Source: Eledone cirrhosa (lineage: Eukaryota). From it: a stretch of 64,000 bases of DNA. The stretch is from assembly GCA_964016885.1 (NCBI GenBank), contig OZ024742.1, positions 155,868,001 to 155,932,000 on the forward strand. The letters run 5' to 3'. The translations under genes and the position numbers were made by a program. The notes below the pieces were generated by a model. It searched no databases. It was not told the origin of the DNA and saw nothing but the letters and a program-made list of their open reading frames with translations. Positions 27,143 through 41,581 of this stretch are shown here, piece by piece. The number at the start of each line of letters is the position of its first letter. Position 1 is the first letter of the stretch.

Positions 27143-30100
27143 AAACATTGAACGAGAACAAAACAGAGAGGCAGTACGAACAAAGGTTTATTAGATTCAC
27201 GCTCTTGAGAGTGGGGTGGTGGTGGGGAACGACGTTTCGGGCATAAGCCCTTCTTCAGGCGAAAAGTGTGTGGGAAGAGAGTACCCAGGTTGTGTAGGGG
27301 AGTGGTGGAGAGACATATAGAAAAAAAAGGTGAGAGGAAACGGTACAAATGAAATTAAATATAAAAGGATAATAAAAATTAAAAAAAACATGAAGTAAAA
27401 CAGGTGGTGGAAGGGTGTGGCCGTATAGGGGTGATGGCTGGTGGAGTGGGGAGAGGGAGGCGGGGTGTCCGAGCGGGGAGGGCTAAAGGTGGTTTGTTTG
27501 TGTAGGTGTACGTGTTTGTGTGTGTGTGTGTATGTGAAAGTAAGAGTTGGGGGAAGAACGGGGTTGCATGTTCAGGAAAAGGTGTGTGTGAGGTGGGGTG
27601 TAGGTCGGTGTGTATGTGTGGGATGGGGAGAGATAAGAGGGGTGGGGGGATAGGATTCCGGAGGCTGAGTGTGTAAATATGTGCTGGTACGCACGTGTGT
27701 ATTGTGTTTATACGTGTTGTGGATGTAGGTGTAGTGTGGGGAAAAAAATGTTTTTGAGTGTATGTCCGTGGGTGAGTTCCTAAGGTAGTTCCGTAGAGGA
27801 TGTGGTGGGATGCTGGGTAATATCCTTGTGATGTAGTTGATTCTTGGGAGCGATGTCCAATGTGTGTAATCCGTGGTTGTGTTGGTCGGAAGAGGGGAGA
27901 TGTGGGGTGCACTCGCAACAGGAAGTGGTCAGAGGGTCAAGGCAGGAGGAGGGTTGTGTGTCTGTGTGTGTGGGGAGGTGTTCAGAGATTCAGGGCATAG
28001 CAGCAGTCGGGGAGAATGGTAAATGAAGAAAGTCGGTGTGTCAGTGTGTGCGGAGGTGCGATGGACAGGGGAGGGGATGGGTAGGTGTGAAAGTTGGAGT
28101 GAGAGTGGTGTTTGTATTAGTAGAGGTGTTAGTGGGATGCGTGTGTGTGTGTGTGAGAAGGGGTGTGGTTGGAGCGGGAGGGGATGAGGGGGAGAAAGGT
28201 GTGGGGGCCGGTGGAGGGAGTGTAGTGTACTGGTGTGTGTGTGCGTGTTTCGATGAGTGTATGTGTGTGAAAGGGGGTGTTAGTGGGTGTTAGTATACTG
28301 GTGGTGGGGAGAGGGTTGAATGCGGGTGTTAGTGGGGGTCAGTGGTCGTAGGGTGTGTAGAGTGGGTGGTGTAAGTGGGTGTGTGTGTTCGTGTGCGTGG
28401 GGTCGGGGGGTTGTTAGTGATATTAGTTGCGGGGTGGCGGGGTGGATATGTGGGGGTGAGGGTTAGTGGTGGTAGTAGGGTTGTGGTTAGTGTGAGCGCG
28501 TGATTATATGTACCGGTGGGTGTGTGCGTATGATAAGGGGAGGGGGGTGAAAAAAGGAGGAATGTTAGTATTGTTAGTTGGGGAAGGGTGGTCGGATTGG
28601 GGTGGTGGTGTTAGTATTGTTAGTTGTGGGGTGGGCGGTGAAAAGGAGGAGTGTGTTAGTGGTGTTAGTGGGGGTATGTGTGAGGGGAGGGGCCGTCGAA
28701 GGCTAAAGGAATAAGGGTGGGGAATTCAGGCCGGGGGGAATGTGGATCTGTAGGGTGAAAATGGTTCGCTGTTCGACTCTGAGGAGCGTGGCGGGTGTTC
28801 CGTGGCATTGGAGTAGGCCACAGACTGTGAGGTTGTGCGCGGATTGTCCAGGGGCGCCAAAGTGGCAGGCGATGGCAAAACTACCGCCGAGACGAATATC
28901 TCGGAGGTGCTCAGTAAATCTGTCCGCCAGGTGACGTCCTGTCTGTCCGACGTAGGTTGCGAAGTCCATAGACTTGGTTGGGCGAGATGTAGCGGAAGGC
29001 ATGCCGGACAGAGAGAGACTGGCCGTTGGGACCCTGGAAGGTGGTGGTGTTGGTGATGTGGGGACAGGTGTTGCAACGGGGTCTGGAACAGGGAAGGGAA
29101 CCGGAGGGGGAGAGCGTGGCTTGGGGGTGGGGAGCTGTGGACGAGGAGGGTGCGGAGATTGCGTGCGTGTTTGAAGGAGGGGAGGGTGGGGCTGGGAAGA
29201 TGTGGGAGGTGGAGGGGTCGCACTGGAGGGCTCGGAATTGGCGGAGGATGGTGCGGTGGAGGAGTTTGGTGGAGGGGTGGTAGGTGATGAGGAAGGGGAG
29301 AATGTGGGTGGGTGTGCAGTAGCGTGGGGTGAGGGTGGTAGAGCGGTGGACAGCACGGAGGTGGGGGAGAGCGTCGTGGACGAGAGTGGGGGTAACCTCT
29401 GCGGATATAATGGCTAACTAGGGAAAGGGCCTGGGACTCAAAGTCAGCATCTCGGCTACAGAGGCGGCGGATCCTGAGGAGTTGGGAATAGGGAACAGAG
29501 TGTTTAGTGTGTGTAGGGTGGGAAGAGGTGAAGTCAAGGTAGGAGTGGGAGTCGGTGGGTTTGAAGAAGGCAGAGGTGACGAGGGAGTTGTGAGAGGGGT
29601 CGAAGGCTACGGAGATGTCTAACAAGTGGACGTGGGTGGTAGAGATAGAGGTGGTGACGTGGAGGGAGGGGTGGAAGGAGCAGAAGAAGGAGAGAAAGGA
29701 GTCGAGCTGTTCTCGGGTGAGGGTCGTGGCTCCGATACAGTCGTCGATGTAACGACCATATAGTTCGGGCGTGGAGCCGGTGTTCCGGGCAAAGATTTGG
29801 GCATCAACATGGCCAACAAAAATGTTGGCATAGTTTGGGCCCATTCTTGTACCCATGGCTACACCCGTGACCTGTTAATAAAACGCACCCGAGAAGGAGA
29901 AACAGTTGAGGGTGAGGATCAGCTCGGCGAGGCGAAGGAGGGTGGGTTGGAGGGTGTTGGGGAGGGGCGAAGGTCGCGGTAGTGCTTGACGACACGTAGG
30001 CTGTCGGCGTGGGGGATGACTGTATAGAGCGACTTGATATCTAGGGTGAATAGGCGAAGGGCGTGGTTGGTGTCGGAGATGTGGGAGGGGAGGGTGGTGA

Positions 30101-30826
30101 CAAGGGGGGCGAGGATGGAGTCAAGAAAGGCGGAGATGAGTTCGGTGGGGAAGTTGCAACGGAGACGATGGGGCCGCCGGGGTTGTCGGGTTTGTGGAGT
30201 TTGGGAAGGAAGTAGATAGTAGGGGTACGGGGGTGCGGACGATGAGGCGTGAAGCAGTGAGGAGGGAAGAGATAAGGTGTTGGATGGTGGAGGAAACTTG
30301 TTGTTGGTAGAGGGTGTGGGATCGGAGGGTAGAGGGCGGTAGAAGAGGGGGTTACGGAGCTGCCCGAGGGCTTCGGCCGTGTAGAGGTCAGCGCGCCACA
30401 TCACCACGGCGGCTCGTTTGTCCGCCGGTTTGATGACGTTGTCATCTCGGCTACGGAGGGAGCGGAGAGCGAGGAGTTCGCGCCGTGAGATGTTATTCCG
30501 TTGGGACCGGTGGCGGATGTCGAAGCGATTTACTGCGCTACGGCTGGCATCGACGAACGCGTCAAAGGTGCTAAATTGCTCTGGGGCCGGCGTCCAAGAT
30601 GATGGTAGTCGGCCCAGGGCGTGAAATGGGTCTGGGGCGTTCGCAGCCGGTGGGGTTTGCCCGAAATGTGCCTCTAGCTTCGTGCGTCGCACGAATCGCT
30701 CGACTTCCGTTCGGGTGCGGAACTCGTCGCTGTTCGGAGTGTGGGGTATGAAGCGAAGGCCTCTACTGAGGAGTGAGCGCTCAGGTGCAGAGAGGGGGAG
30801 GTCAGGGGTATGGTGACAGCAAGTGG
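27140..30826 (-). mobile_element. GC-rich Neptune-type PLE, near full length but deleted and frameshifted (coding 28703-30822)
   Basis: LSAPERSLLSRGLRFIP, IKPADK, LDIKSLYTVIPH, MGTRMGPNYAN, YGRYIDDC, KPTDSHSYL, YVGQTGR. Long low-complexity UTR and HHR-like CTGAAGA-A-GGGC(TTAT)GCCC-GAAACGTC at 27228-27261. Confidence 0.9.
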
Positions 30827-31063
30827 TATACACACATATATATATATATAAATATATACATATATATATATACAAACATACACATATATATACGCATACA
30901 CGGACATACACATATACATACGCATATATATAGATACACACACACGCATATATAAAACATATACAGACATACATACAGACATATACAAATACATATACAC
31001 ACTCACATATATCATATACATATGTATATATACATATATATGCATATATACATATATATATAA

Positions 31064-31219
31064 AATGAAGTTAATATGCCCACGGGTACTAAGTACCCCT
31101 GGAAATATATAGGGTGTCTATGAAACAGGGTTGTTCTATGGTATTACTTTGACATACTAGAACTATATTATTGAGATAAGCAGGGGTACTTAGTACCCGT
31201 GGGCATATTAACTACATTT
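31064..31219. repeat. MITE-like inverted repeat (about 38-bp arms)
   Basis: agttaatatgcccacgggtactaagtacccctg and its reverse complement; each arm holds the hairpin GGGTAC-TAA-GTACCC. Confidence 0.75.
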
Positions 31220-31594
31220 AATATTCTCCGTTATGTAGAGAACAAATCTCTTGTTCTATTTAGCTGCTATTTTTAGTGGTGAGACAGACAACACGTCTAT
31301 GTTTACTTCCGCTTTTGCTACGGACTGGTTCATGTACAGGTCAAATTTCGGCCTCTTTCGACCCTGTACTAGCTAGTAGAAGGCAATATATTTTTCCGTT
31401 CCTGGGACTTTTTGCCCTAGGAAAGGAAAATGCTTTCCGAAGATCTTCTATTTTCCATTGGAGATCCCATGAATGTCTAATGTTTTCTGAAGTGAAACTG
31501 ATCAGTAAGAGCTCTGGCGTGAGTAAATATTTAAATCGTACTTTTAAAATTAAAAAAAAAAAAATTGTTTGAATTTTGCTTATTCTGCTTATCT

Positions 31595-31723
<129 letters not shown>

Positions 31724-31789
31724 GCACAGACACAAGTTGTATAGACACCTCTATAGTAGGAATTATCTAACATATATTTATCACCTTGA

Positions 31790-33105
31790 CAGACCAGTGT
31801 ATCGGGCGTCCAAACGGCGCCGCTGGTCACAGCACGCCGCCCATTGCTCTTTGGATCGTGCTTTCCTCATCCATGTAGTCCCAATCATATTCCTAAAATC
31901 GTAACTCCCGCTTCATGGAGGCCTCCTGTGTGCTCATTTCCGCTCGCGCGGGAACCACTCGTCAACTGCGCGGGTCCACCGATTATCGGTGAATCGGGCG
32001 ATGCGTCCAGCCCATCTGAACTTGCTGCGAATATATTCCGTGATGACGTCCTTCACGCCTGACCTCTGCCTGATGACTTTGCTCCTGATGTGCTCTCTCA
32101 ACGAGATTCCTAGCATTTATCTCTCCATGGTTCTTTGAGACGTTACCAGCCTCTGCTCTTCTCTCTTCGTTGTAGCCCAAGTTTCACTGCCATATAACAT
32201 TGCAGGTAAAACTGTGCTATTGAAGAGGTTGGCGCATGTGGTCTTGTCCAACCCATTCTTGAGCACATCCCTCATGCCGTTGAACGCCTTCCATCCGGCC
32301 TTTACTCTCCGAGAGATCGCCCTCTCAATGTCTCGGCGCATGCTCACTTCTTGTCCTTGGTAGACGTATTCCTCCATCTCCTCTATTTCATCACCGCCAA
32401 CCACCATTCGATCTGTTGGTACGTTGTCGGACCGCATGACCTTCGTTTTCATACTGCAGAGCTTTGGATGTCGAGCTCCGTTAGCATGGACTGAAACTGA
32501 TCCGTCGTTTCAGCGATGTCACCAGCGAAACGGAGGTGGGTAAGTATCTCGCCGTTAATGTTGATACCACCGTGCCAATCAATGACTCTGATGATCTGCT
32601 CGAGACACGCGGAGAAAAGTTTTCGAGATATCGTATCTCCTTGCTTCAATCCCTTCTCGACGGGCACTCGTACGGGTGATGAGAGCAGAGCTATGTCGGT
32701 GGTGCATCCAGAATGCTCCTCCTTGATCAGTTGAACGTATTGCGCCTCAACTCCTTGCTTCTGCAGCTAGTTCAGCACTGCGCTGATTTCGACGCTGTCG
32801 AAGGCCTTCTCGTAGTCTACGAAGGCGACGCAAAGAGGCATATTGTACTCTTTCGCTCACTCAAGCAGTTGTGCCAGAGTAAATATGTGGTTCATAGTGC
32901 TGTAGTTCTTCCGGACGCAGGCTTGCTCTCTCGGTTGCTGATCGTCCAGATGACGTGATAACCTGTTCAGGATTATCTTCGTGTACAGCTTGTACACGTG
33001 AGACAGCAGGTATATAGGTCGGTATTTCTTCAGATCTTCTCTATCGCCCTTCTTGTATAGCAGGATGGTATTCGACTCTTTCCACTGCGAGGGTATTCTT
33101 CCCTC
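31790..33105 (-). pseudogene. RTE-like LINE reverse transcriptase, 5'-truncated
   Basis: LYKKGD, YRPI, KGLKQGDTIS, HLRFAGD, KTKVM, LPAMLYGSETW, RWAGRIAR. Confidence 0.9.
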
Positions 33106-33109
33106 GTCC

Positions 33110-34890
33110 CGATAGTGTGTGATTCTATTAGTAGAAATGGGGGCGGGAGTCGTATATGTGTGCGTGGGGGAGGTGTTATGTGTTGTATATGAGTGTTATG
33201 TGTGTGTGGGAGTATGGTTAACATGTTAAGATGAAGAGAATATATATATATTGTGTGTGTAGGAAAATGATTCCGTTAGTAGAAATGGGGGAGGGAGTTA
33301 TGTGTGTGTGTGTGGGCGGGAGCTTAGCATCTTAAAGTGTTAGAGTATTAACGTATGTAAAGGTTTATTTAGTTCTGGTTTTTATTTTCTAAAGTAGGTG
33401 TTATGTGTGTGTGTGTATGTATGTATATGTTTGGATGGTTAGCATGTTATGGTGTTGACATAATGTATATTAAACTATATTTAATGCTGGTCTATATTTT
33501 TGAATAAACATATTTTCCTTATTTATTCGTATTTGTTCTGTTGTATTGTGAGCGCAAATGTAAAGTAGCAAGACTTGGAATTTTGGTGTCTTATTACTTG
33601 CGCATATGTCTAGATATGCACTTAGTGGTATCTTTCTCGTGGTTGGATCTCGTAATTGTTGGTGATGAACTGTCATTCTGTTTCTGAGTGTAAGTTTAGT
33701 TTGTCCTATATAATCTTTATTGCATCATTTACATTTAATGTCATAAATTAGATATTTTGATGTGCAAATGAAGTGATTTTTTACAGTAAAATGTTGTCCT
33801 GATTGAAATGTATACGTGTTGCCTTCAATGAGGTAAGTGCAGGTTCCACAATTAGAGCGACCACAATTTTTGACAGTTGGTTGCGGGTTTGTGGTAGGTA
33901 ATTTGGTATTGGGGAGTAATGTTTTTAGTGATTTCGGTTGTCTTTTGCTTTTGATTATTTTGTGTGTTTCAAGGGCTTTTTTCATTCTTGGGTCTTGTTT
34001 CAATAGTGGGATGTTCTTGTGAATAGTGTTGTAAGCTTCGGCATTTCTTGGGTTGTGTGTTGAGATATATGATAGAATATTGGACGTATCTTGAATTTGT
34101 TTCTGTTTCCGTAATTCATCAATGTCTATTGTTTTAGCCCTTTCCATTCCATTATTTATTAGTAATGGTGGCTACTGTCTTTCGAGTAGAATTTCCTTTA
34201 ATTCTTGAAGTCTTTTATTTGGCGTTTCATAATTGGAGACAATTGTGCAAATTCTTCTTGCTAATTTAAATAGAATGTTCGTCTTCGTGTGCTTTGGGTG
34301 GTGGGAGGTGAATAGCAGGTATTGTTTGGAATCTGTTGGTTTGTAGTGTATGTCAGTTTCAATATTTGTGTCTTTTTTTAAGATTGTGATGTCTAGAAAT
34401 GGGAGTTGATAGTGGCTGTATTCCATTGTGAAATGGATGTGGTTATTGATGCCGTTAATAACATTTTTGAAATCATTCAGTTGGTCGAGTGTGTGGGACC
34501 AAATAATGAGACAATCATCCAAGTAGCGTTTCCAATTCATTGATATATATTTGTGGAATTCCAATTTGTATTTTGATTTGGCATATGTTGGAGCGGCTTG
34601 TAAGTACTGCCATCGAAATCAAAATGTTGTTCTGTAAGACAAATGTTAATCCCTCGGTGATGAAGCTTTTCTCTATCCATTGGGATATTTCTCTAGCCAG
34701 CATCCTATTGCTTCTAGTCCGTATTGGTGTGGGATCGTTGTGTAGAGATTCACTACATCGAAAGAAACAATGATAGTCTCGGTGGTGACATACTTGGTGA
34801 CATACTTGTCTATAAAGTTGCTTTGTCTGTGTGTTTCACATTGTGGGCCCACTACAATTTTTCTTAATTTAACGTCTGTGGGGTACTGTA
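33110..34890 (-). mobile_element. Neptune-type PLE (coding 33470-34885, disrupted), related to the 20961 element
   Basis: SFDVVNLYTTIPH, WKRYLDDC, LPFLD, YKPTDSKQYL, CGRSNCGTC, LIYDIKC. Confidence 0.9.
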
Positions 34891-35264
34891 TGTTCAGAGC
34901 CCACCCCTCTTTGTTTGAAGAACTTTGTAACGCGAACTGGCGCGAAAATTTATTATACTTATTCACCAATCAATCAAATTACTTCTCTAAAAACCTGGCG
35001 TTTCGAGTCACTCTTTTCCATATAAAACAAGTAACATTCGAAGACCAACCAGATGTGAGAAAAACCACAGACCATCCATCTCAAATCTACTTTTGAAAAG
35101 CAGAAGATTTGCGAAACCGGTAAAGGAACCAAATAAATATATATATATTCCTTTAAATAAGACTCCAGTTGTATTTTCGATTTCATCTTTTTTCCTTATA
35201 CTTTCACTCCAGTATGACACCTCGATTATTTTTCATTTTGTAAAAGAAACAAAAAGACCCATCA

Positions 35265-35320
<56 letters not shown>

Positions 35321-35324
<4 letters not shown>

Positions 35325-36075
35325 GGAAAAGAATGAAACGAAATTTCATTTCTCACTCTTAGTACGGCTGACACCTAAATATAAGTATCTTTACGTACAT
35401 ACATATATGAGTACAGACGTACAGCTGTATGTATATTTACATACATGCATATATATGTGTACATATGTGTTTACCGAACATTTATTATAATGCTCGGTTT
35501 GTTTGTAAACAAACAGCCCGAATTACGCCGTACAGTGCTCGGCAACCATCGTCGCCCTTTTGTTCAACACTGATACAGGAACAATGTACTAGTTTCAAGC
35601 TTATTAGCTATCGTCAGCATCGTATACCTTTCTGTCAGATGATTGAACGTTTGAAAGTATATACTTTCCTCATGCTTATTAACGGCTGAGCAGCCTAATT
35701 TGAACATCGAGTGAGTTAGTCGGCCGGGCGCACCGAAAACGATAAATAAGTGTAAGAAATGAAATTTCGTTTCTTTCTTTTCCATTTATCGTTTTCGGTG
35801 CGCCCGGCAGACTAACTCACTCGATGTGCAAATTAGGCTACTCAGCCGTTAATATGCATCTGGAAAGTATATACTTTCAAACGTTCAATCATCTGACAGA
35901 AAGGTATACGATGCTGACGATAGCTAATAAGCTTGAATCTAGTACATCGTTCCTGTGTCAGTGTTGAACAAAAGGGCGACGATGGTTGCCGAACACTGTA
36001 CGGCGTAATTCGGGCTCTTTGTTTACAAACAAACCGAGCATTATAATAAATGTTCAGTAAACCCATACATACATA

Positions 36076-36125
<50 letters not shown>

Positions 36126-36193
36126 TGTATGCATGTATGTATATATACATACTACTGTACGTCTGTACACATATATGTATGTATGTATACATA

Positions 36194-36196
<3 letters not shown>
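35321..36196. mobile_element. ORF-less palindromic element in (TA)n with two HHRs (35581-35623 minus intact; 35908-35950 plus GAAT)
   Basis: About 360-bp inverted arms. ACGATG-CTGACGA-T-AGC(TAATAA)GCT-T-GAA-ACTAGT-A-CATYGT. Confidence 0.85.
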
Positions 36197-36244
<48 letters not shown>

Positions 36245-36247
<3 letters not shown>

Positions 36248-37173
36248 AATGGAATTTCAGCATAATCGAAGCTCTGGCTGGTGTTAATCTAACGAATGCA
36301 ATCGGAATGTGAAGCTAAGCAATCAATAAGCTACCTTACCTTAGAGTAATAACATTACGTTTCTACAGCTTTGCAAATTAAATATTGCGAGCGGTAAGCC
36401 AGCCGCAGGGACCAAAGCAACGAGAAAACCGACTCAGGATAATTTGACAAACCTGGACCATCGCGTCTATTTTATGCAAAATATCTCCGCTAGGCTTCTG
36501 TAAATCCGAAATCAACAAAATCCACTTGAGGGTTGTGCAAGTTATTGGCTTTGGAAGATCGGACAGCGGTTTCGCTTTCTCAACAGGCATCCGTTCTCTC
36601 TCGTGCCGGGTGTGAATTTTAGCCGTAAGCACTGCTGGCGGCCACATCGTTTTCCCAAAGGGTAGTAACCCCCAGTTTTTATCGGTCAAAATTTAAATTT
36701 TGAACAAAGAAATACATTTCTTTCCACAAACCGAATAAATCTCTCGACCAGACGTTATTAAACAAACATAAATAATTAACCAATCAATAGAATTGTCTAA
36801 TTAGATTAATCAATTAATCATTTAGTCTAGTAGATAATTATACAGATGGAAGTTCAGCATAATCGAAGTTCTGGCTGCAGCTAATCTAACGAATGCAATC
36901 GCAATGTGCAGCTGAACACTCAATAAGGTATTTTACCAAAATAACATTACGTTTATACAGCTTTGCAAATTGAAGGTTGCGACAGGTAAGCCAGCTGCAG
37001 GGACCAAAGCAACGAGAGAACCGACTCAGGATAATTTGACAAACCTGGACCATCTCGTCGATATTATGCAAAATCTCCGCTTGGTTTCTGTAAATCCGAA
37101 ATCAACAAAATCCACCTGCGGGGTATGCAAGTTATTGGTTTTGGAAGATCGAACAGAGGTTTAGCTTTCTCAA
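36245..37173. repeat. Diverged direct repeat (36245-36585 and 36843-37173)
   Basis: Shared ttcagcataatcgaag, ctaacgaatgcaatcg, ccgactcaggataatttgacaaacctggaccatc and ttggaagatcg. Confidence 0.85.
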
Positions 37174-37348
37174 AAGATATTGTTTCTGGCAGTCAAAATT
37201 CAATTAAGTATATATATATATATATATATAATACATATATATATATATAATACATATATATATATATAATACATATATATATATATAATACATATATATA
37301 TATATAATACATATATATATATATAATACATATATATATATATAATAC

Positions 37349-37401
<53 letters not shown>

Positions 37402-37406
37402 CATAT

Positions 37407-37474
<68 letters not shown>

Positions 37475-37478
37475 TAAG

Positions 37479-37604
<126 letters not shown>

Positions 37605-37608
37605 CACT

Positions 37609-37684
<76 letters not shown>

Positions 37685-37910
37685 TAAAATAACAAGTTAA
37701 AGTTTAAGCAAAGAATCGCTGCTATTTACTCTTAACGGGATATTCTAAAACAGTTTCAGAAGATTCCGTTAAGGGTGAAAGCAACGATTCTTTGCTTAAA
37801 TTTTAATGTTATTTTAATAAATATTTTCTCTACGGTTCTTATATATTTGATATATATTTATCCTTATCGAGCCCTCTTTGGATTTTAGTCTTCAAATTTA
37901 TTATTATTAC

Positions 37911-37956
<46 letters not shown>

Positions 37957-37959
<3 letters not shown>

Positions 37960-38505
37960 TAAATATATCTATAGAATCACCAGATAAAATATATACCATT
38001 TCCTCTCCCAATTAGCATAATTAACTATATAAAAAAATCGAATAGACCAGGCTATAGGAATAAGGCTTCTATGAAGAAATCTCCAACAAATAACCGAAAC
38101 TAGCCCTTCGCGTCGGCCGCAACGGAATATTTATCGAATATTTCGAAGCCTAATCTCCCAGATACAGTCAATTAAACAGAATTTTGTGTAAAATGAACTA
38201 GGAGAAAATAGAATACATTTAAATACCTCTACCATGGTTTCGACCGCATTTTGAGATTTCCAATAATTATGTAACTCGAGCACCGGACTCTTCAGGAGAT
38301 TTGCTCTGATCCAGACACTAAATTTTCCAAAGTTATCGCGCCAAGAATTCATTCGAAATGGCTAAGAATCGTGACGTAGTAGCGGTCAGGTTGGAAGGGG
38401 TGCGGTAGTGGCTTACGGGTGGTGGCTTTTTTGCTAGAAAGCACAGCACAATACAGGCAAAATTTGTCTGTCAACCTAATGGGAGATTATTACATATAAT
38501 AATTT

Positions 38506-38559
<54 letters not shown>

Positions 38560-39102
38560 ATACATACATATACATGTTTTGTAACGGGTCACATTGTGGG
38601 TCAATGAAAATTTTATGAATTAAATAATCAGAGCTATATATCATAAAATATGTCTATAGAATCACCAGATAAAATATATACCATTTCCTCTCCCAATAAG
38701 CATAATGAACTATATAAAAAATCGAATAGACCAGGCAATAAGATTAAGGCTTCTATGAAGAAATCTCCAACTAATAACCGAAACTAACCCTTCGCGTCGG
38801 CGGCAACGGAATATTTATCGAATATTCCGGCAGCGTAATCGCCCAGATACAGTCAACTAAACAGAATTAAGTGCAAAATAAACTAGGAGAAAATAGAATA
38901 CATTTAAATACATCTATCATGGTTTCGTCCGCCTTTTAACATTTCCGATAATTATGTAACTCGAGCACCGGACTCTTCAGGAGGTTTGCTTTGATCCAGA
39001 CACTAAATTTTCCAAAGTTATCGCGCCAAGAATTCATTCAAAATGGCTAAGAATCGTGACGTAGAAGCGGTCAGGTTGGAAGGGGTGTGGTAGTTGCTTA
39101 CG
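37957..39102. repeat. Diverged direct repeat (37957-38418 and 38641-39102)
   Basis: About 460-bp colinear copies separated by unique sequence and (TA)n. Confidence 0.9.
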
Positions 39103-39128
39103 ACACGTATAATGTATGTATGTATGTG

Positions 39129-39182
<54 letters not shown>

Positions 39183-40447
39183 GAAAACATGATTTATTGT
39201 ATTAAAGTGTGGTTTTTTGGTTATGCAAAGGGAAAAGAAAGGGAAAGGCAAAGGCTCTCGGGTCACAAACGAATTGGAGGGTCATGCGTTCAAGGCTTAA
39301 GGTGCAGCGATATTGGGGCTGCACCCCACAGACAAGGCTACAAAGCATACCATGCGTCTTCGTGTTTGAAAGAAGTAGAGAAAAGGAGGAGAATTGTGGG
39401 GTCAGGAAACAGTGACAAATGTTTAAGCAAAAATGGGACACACTTTAGTTTCTCTTTGAATTCAAACCATTTTTTCCGTTCAGTCATTTCATATTTTCAA
39501 AATAACACGGTATTAGTAGTTTTCTTAACTCTAATCAAAATATATTTTATTTAGCACACGTTATGTGCAGCTATCAAAATGTGAATTCAGATTTTAATAA
39601 TTTGATAATATGTGTATCATTATTATTCATAAGGTTTACTAGTTACCATTGTATATTAAGAATCTTAGAACAGGAAAAAAAAAATATGTCATTTTCAGTC
39701 AACAGAACAAGTGGCATTTCAGCCGCCTCCTACCGTTAAAATTGGTCAGTGACTGACGATAAATTGTCATCTTTAGAACTTTTATTAACTGTGATAAATT
39801 AATTTCAGTCATTGTACTTGGTAGTGTACACATATTTCTCTAGATAAACATCGCTTCTGAAAACAGCAACCACCGTCTGTTGTCAGCACGATTATAATTC
39901 ATAATAACATTACGATACCACTATTGTCTTCCAATCTTTCTAAATCATCTCCAGGGTCCATTTATCTCTCGAACATAATCTATCAATGAGCATTGCGGAT
40001 AATTCTAAAAAGCTATTAGTGGAGTAATAGAGCAACATTCCTGAGATTCACATGGGAATATCTCCAATGACCTAGAGGAAACAGTTCACTCAGGATTAAT
40101 GATATTTTCAGTGACATTAGTCATTACTTACGATCAATAAAGGAAATTTATTCGTGATATCTATGGATAGTATTTACTTATGTGTGTTTATACGTGGGCT
40201 ATACACTACTATCTCTCTTCGAGCTTCTGTTGTTTACAATATTTTCTCGGTGTACACTATGTTATAAATGTACGTACATTGCGTAATGTCTTGAAGATTG
40301 GTAAACAAAATACACATAGTGAAGTATTTCGACCTTCATAGTGAATTAAATTCATATTAGTGGGTCCAGTTTCCAATTTTGTAAGAACTAAATTAATATG
40401 ATTTATATGTCTATAGACATGAAATATACATGAAACAAATCTTAACT

Positions 40448-40484
<37 letters not shown>

Positions 40485-40568
40485 GTAGGTCCCGGGTTGA
40501 GTCGGGTATAACCACAGTAAGAAGGTACTCAATACATGGCTGAGTAAATTTTTTTATTTTATAGAAGG

Positions 40569-40619
40569 AGCTTCTACAGGACTAGTACTGTTTCATTCAG
40601 ATGAAATCTTCAGGAAGCT
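40569..40619 (-). ncRNA. Type I hammerhead with full helix III
   Basis: AGCTTC-CTGAAGA-T-TTCA(TC)TGAA-T-GAA-ACAG(TACTAGTC)CTGT-A-GAAGCT. The partner at 46497-46547 is mutated (CTAAAGA). Confidence 0.8.
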
Positions 40620-41226
40620 GGGTGTCATATTAAGTTCTGGTATTTATACATTTAGGTAGTGGTAAGGGAGGGGTGGTGGAAGGGGGGGGGGGGTATTTAG
40701 ATACACGGGACCACTTCATGGCACAGGCCGTTTTTTCTTTGGGGAGTGGTCAATTAGCCAGAATGCATTTTTGAAATAAATAAATGAGTAAAAAAATAAA
40801 TAAATGAATAAATAGATAAAAGAATAGATAGATAAAATAAATACAAGAATAAATAAAAATAAAAAATATAAATAAATAAAAACCCCATGAATAGTAATTC
40901 AACAGATATATAGTAGGGAAATTTAGGTGGGTTGGTAATAGAAATTATGACCGAATCATGGCACAGGCTGGGGTGAGTGGTCAAGTTAACATACAAGCCA
41001 CAGGTGGCCAGAGTGTTTTTGTAGGATGGAAAGAATAACATTATTTTACATACTCACAACCACATACAAAAACACTTACACACACACATACACATATATA
41101 CATATATACACAGGAAAAACACAAACACACAAAAATACACACAACAAATATACACACACACACGCATACACATACACACACATATATATCTACACATACA
41201 CGCGATATATACATATATATGTGTAT

Positions 41227-41272
<46 letters not shown>

Positions 41273-41404
41273 CTATATGTAAGTATGTCTCTCTTGAGTA
41301 AACTATACATATGCATACACATACATACACACACACACACAAACACATACATTCACACATATATATACATATATACACATACACACACACACATACATAT
41401 AAAA

Positions 41405-41439
<35 letters not shown>

Positions 41440-41486
41440 CCCATACACAGACACATATATATATATACATATACATATATGTATAT

Positions 41487-41517
<31 letters not shown>

Positions 41518-41518
41518 C

Positions 41519-41581
<63 letters not shown>

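Noticed and set aside
27420-28700. G-rich tract as telomeric repeats or a separate gene
   Set aside because: No regular TTAGGG array; it is the low-complexity 3' UTR of the Neptune element.
35635-35667. CAGATGA...GAAAGTATATACTTTC as a second, antisense HHR
   Set aside because: Core mismatch and no helix I; only the 16-bp palindrome is solid.
38265-38300. CTGAAGAGTCC on minus (also about 38975) as an HHR
   Set aside because: No properly placed GAAA box and no helix I.
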